Source: Mesoplasma florum L1
Lineage (GTDB): Bacteria > Bacillota_I > Bacilli_A > Mycoplasmatales > Mycoplasmataceae
Length of the DNA stretch: 32,000 nt
Assembly (NCBI RefSeq): GCF_000008305.1
Contig: NC_006055.1
Location: 60,001-92,000 of the forward strand
Reading direction: 5' to 3'
The position numbers and the translations under genes were made by a program. The notes under the pieces were generated by a model. It was not told the origin of the DNA, did not search any database, and was given only the letters and a program-made list of their open reading frames with translations. Positions within the stretch are counted from its first letter, which is position 1, and each line of letters begins with the position of its first letter. Below are positions 31,753-32,000 of this stretch, piece by piece.

Positions 31753-32000
31753 ATGATTACATTAAACAAAAAAAATCATGATATTAAATTAGTTGCTGTT
31801 GCTGACAACAAAGCTAATGAATTTATCAAAGACAGTGCGGGAGCAGTTACATTTATTTCAGAAGATAAAACAATTTATTTAGTTATTAAACAAAAAGGAT
31901 GTAGAGTTAAACAAATTAAAGCGGGATTAAAATCAGCTTTATCAACTTACACAAAAAATTTAAATATTGACTTAGACTCAATTATTAATCAATTAGGAGA
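31753..32000 (+). CDS. pepA: leucyl (M17) aminopeptidase paralog (3' end cut by window edge)
   Basis: The frame is open from the ATG at 31753 to the window end. MITLNKKNHDIKLVAVADNKANEFIKDSAGAVTFISEDKTIYLVIKQK aligns by eye with the copy 1 N-terminus (MIQINETKNTIKIVGVKDNSKNTFIKNKVGVPTLISEDKTIYIVFKK). Confidence 0.85.
   Translation, partial: MITLNKKNHDIKLVAVADNKANEFIKDSAGAVTFISEDKTIYLVIKQKGCRVKQIKAGLKSALSTYTKNLNIDLDSIINQLG

Noticed and set aside
1-32000. Searched by eye for tRNA/rRNA genes, CRISPR repeats, IS inverted repeats/transposases, integrases and long direct repeats
   Set aside because: None was found. Coding density is high, and every intergenic region is short and accounted for by promoters, SD sequences and terminator hairpins. 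A tRNAscan/Infernal run would be needed to rule out small RNAs formally.

Overview
32-kb chromosomal window from a very AT-rich Mollicute. Gene content and order resemble the Mesoplasma/Entomoplasma/Mycoplasma-mycoides clade, but this is judged by eye with no database search. The organism reads TGA as Trp (translation table 4), so the supplied standard-code ORF track breaks most genes into pieces. Merging across in-frame TGA codons gives 28 CDS and one decayed membrane-protein pseudogene. In order: ackA (5' partial), proC, azoR-like (-), two tandem tatD, a 36-aa Cys-rich micro-ORF (-), a 106-aa putative RHH/Cys-rich regulator, msrA (-), hxlR-family regulator (-), a second azoR-like gene, an ABC-F ATPase (-), the pseudogene (-), a stand-alone 5'-3' exonuclease (-), yigZ (-), secA, uvrB, uvrA, folC, an ECF S-component, hprK, lgt, trxB, a second lgt, whiA, a small XRE regulator, secG, a 1186-aa duplicated FtsX-type permease, pepA, and a second pepA (3' partial). 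I saw no rRNA, tRNA, CRISPR array, IS element or prophage. The most interesting locus is 4301-4846. It is a divergent two-gene cassette bounded by terminators, and it encodes an unannotated metallothionein-like peptide (11 Cys in 36 aa, duplicated CxCxxCxC module, strong SD). Its partner is a putative ribbon-helix-helix protein with a 7-Cys C-terminal domain, and operator-like repeats lie between the two genes. The cassette sits inside a redox/electrophile-stress neighbourhood (azoR x2, hxlR-msrA). All functional calls rest on motif and collinearity recognition from the translated sequence only.
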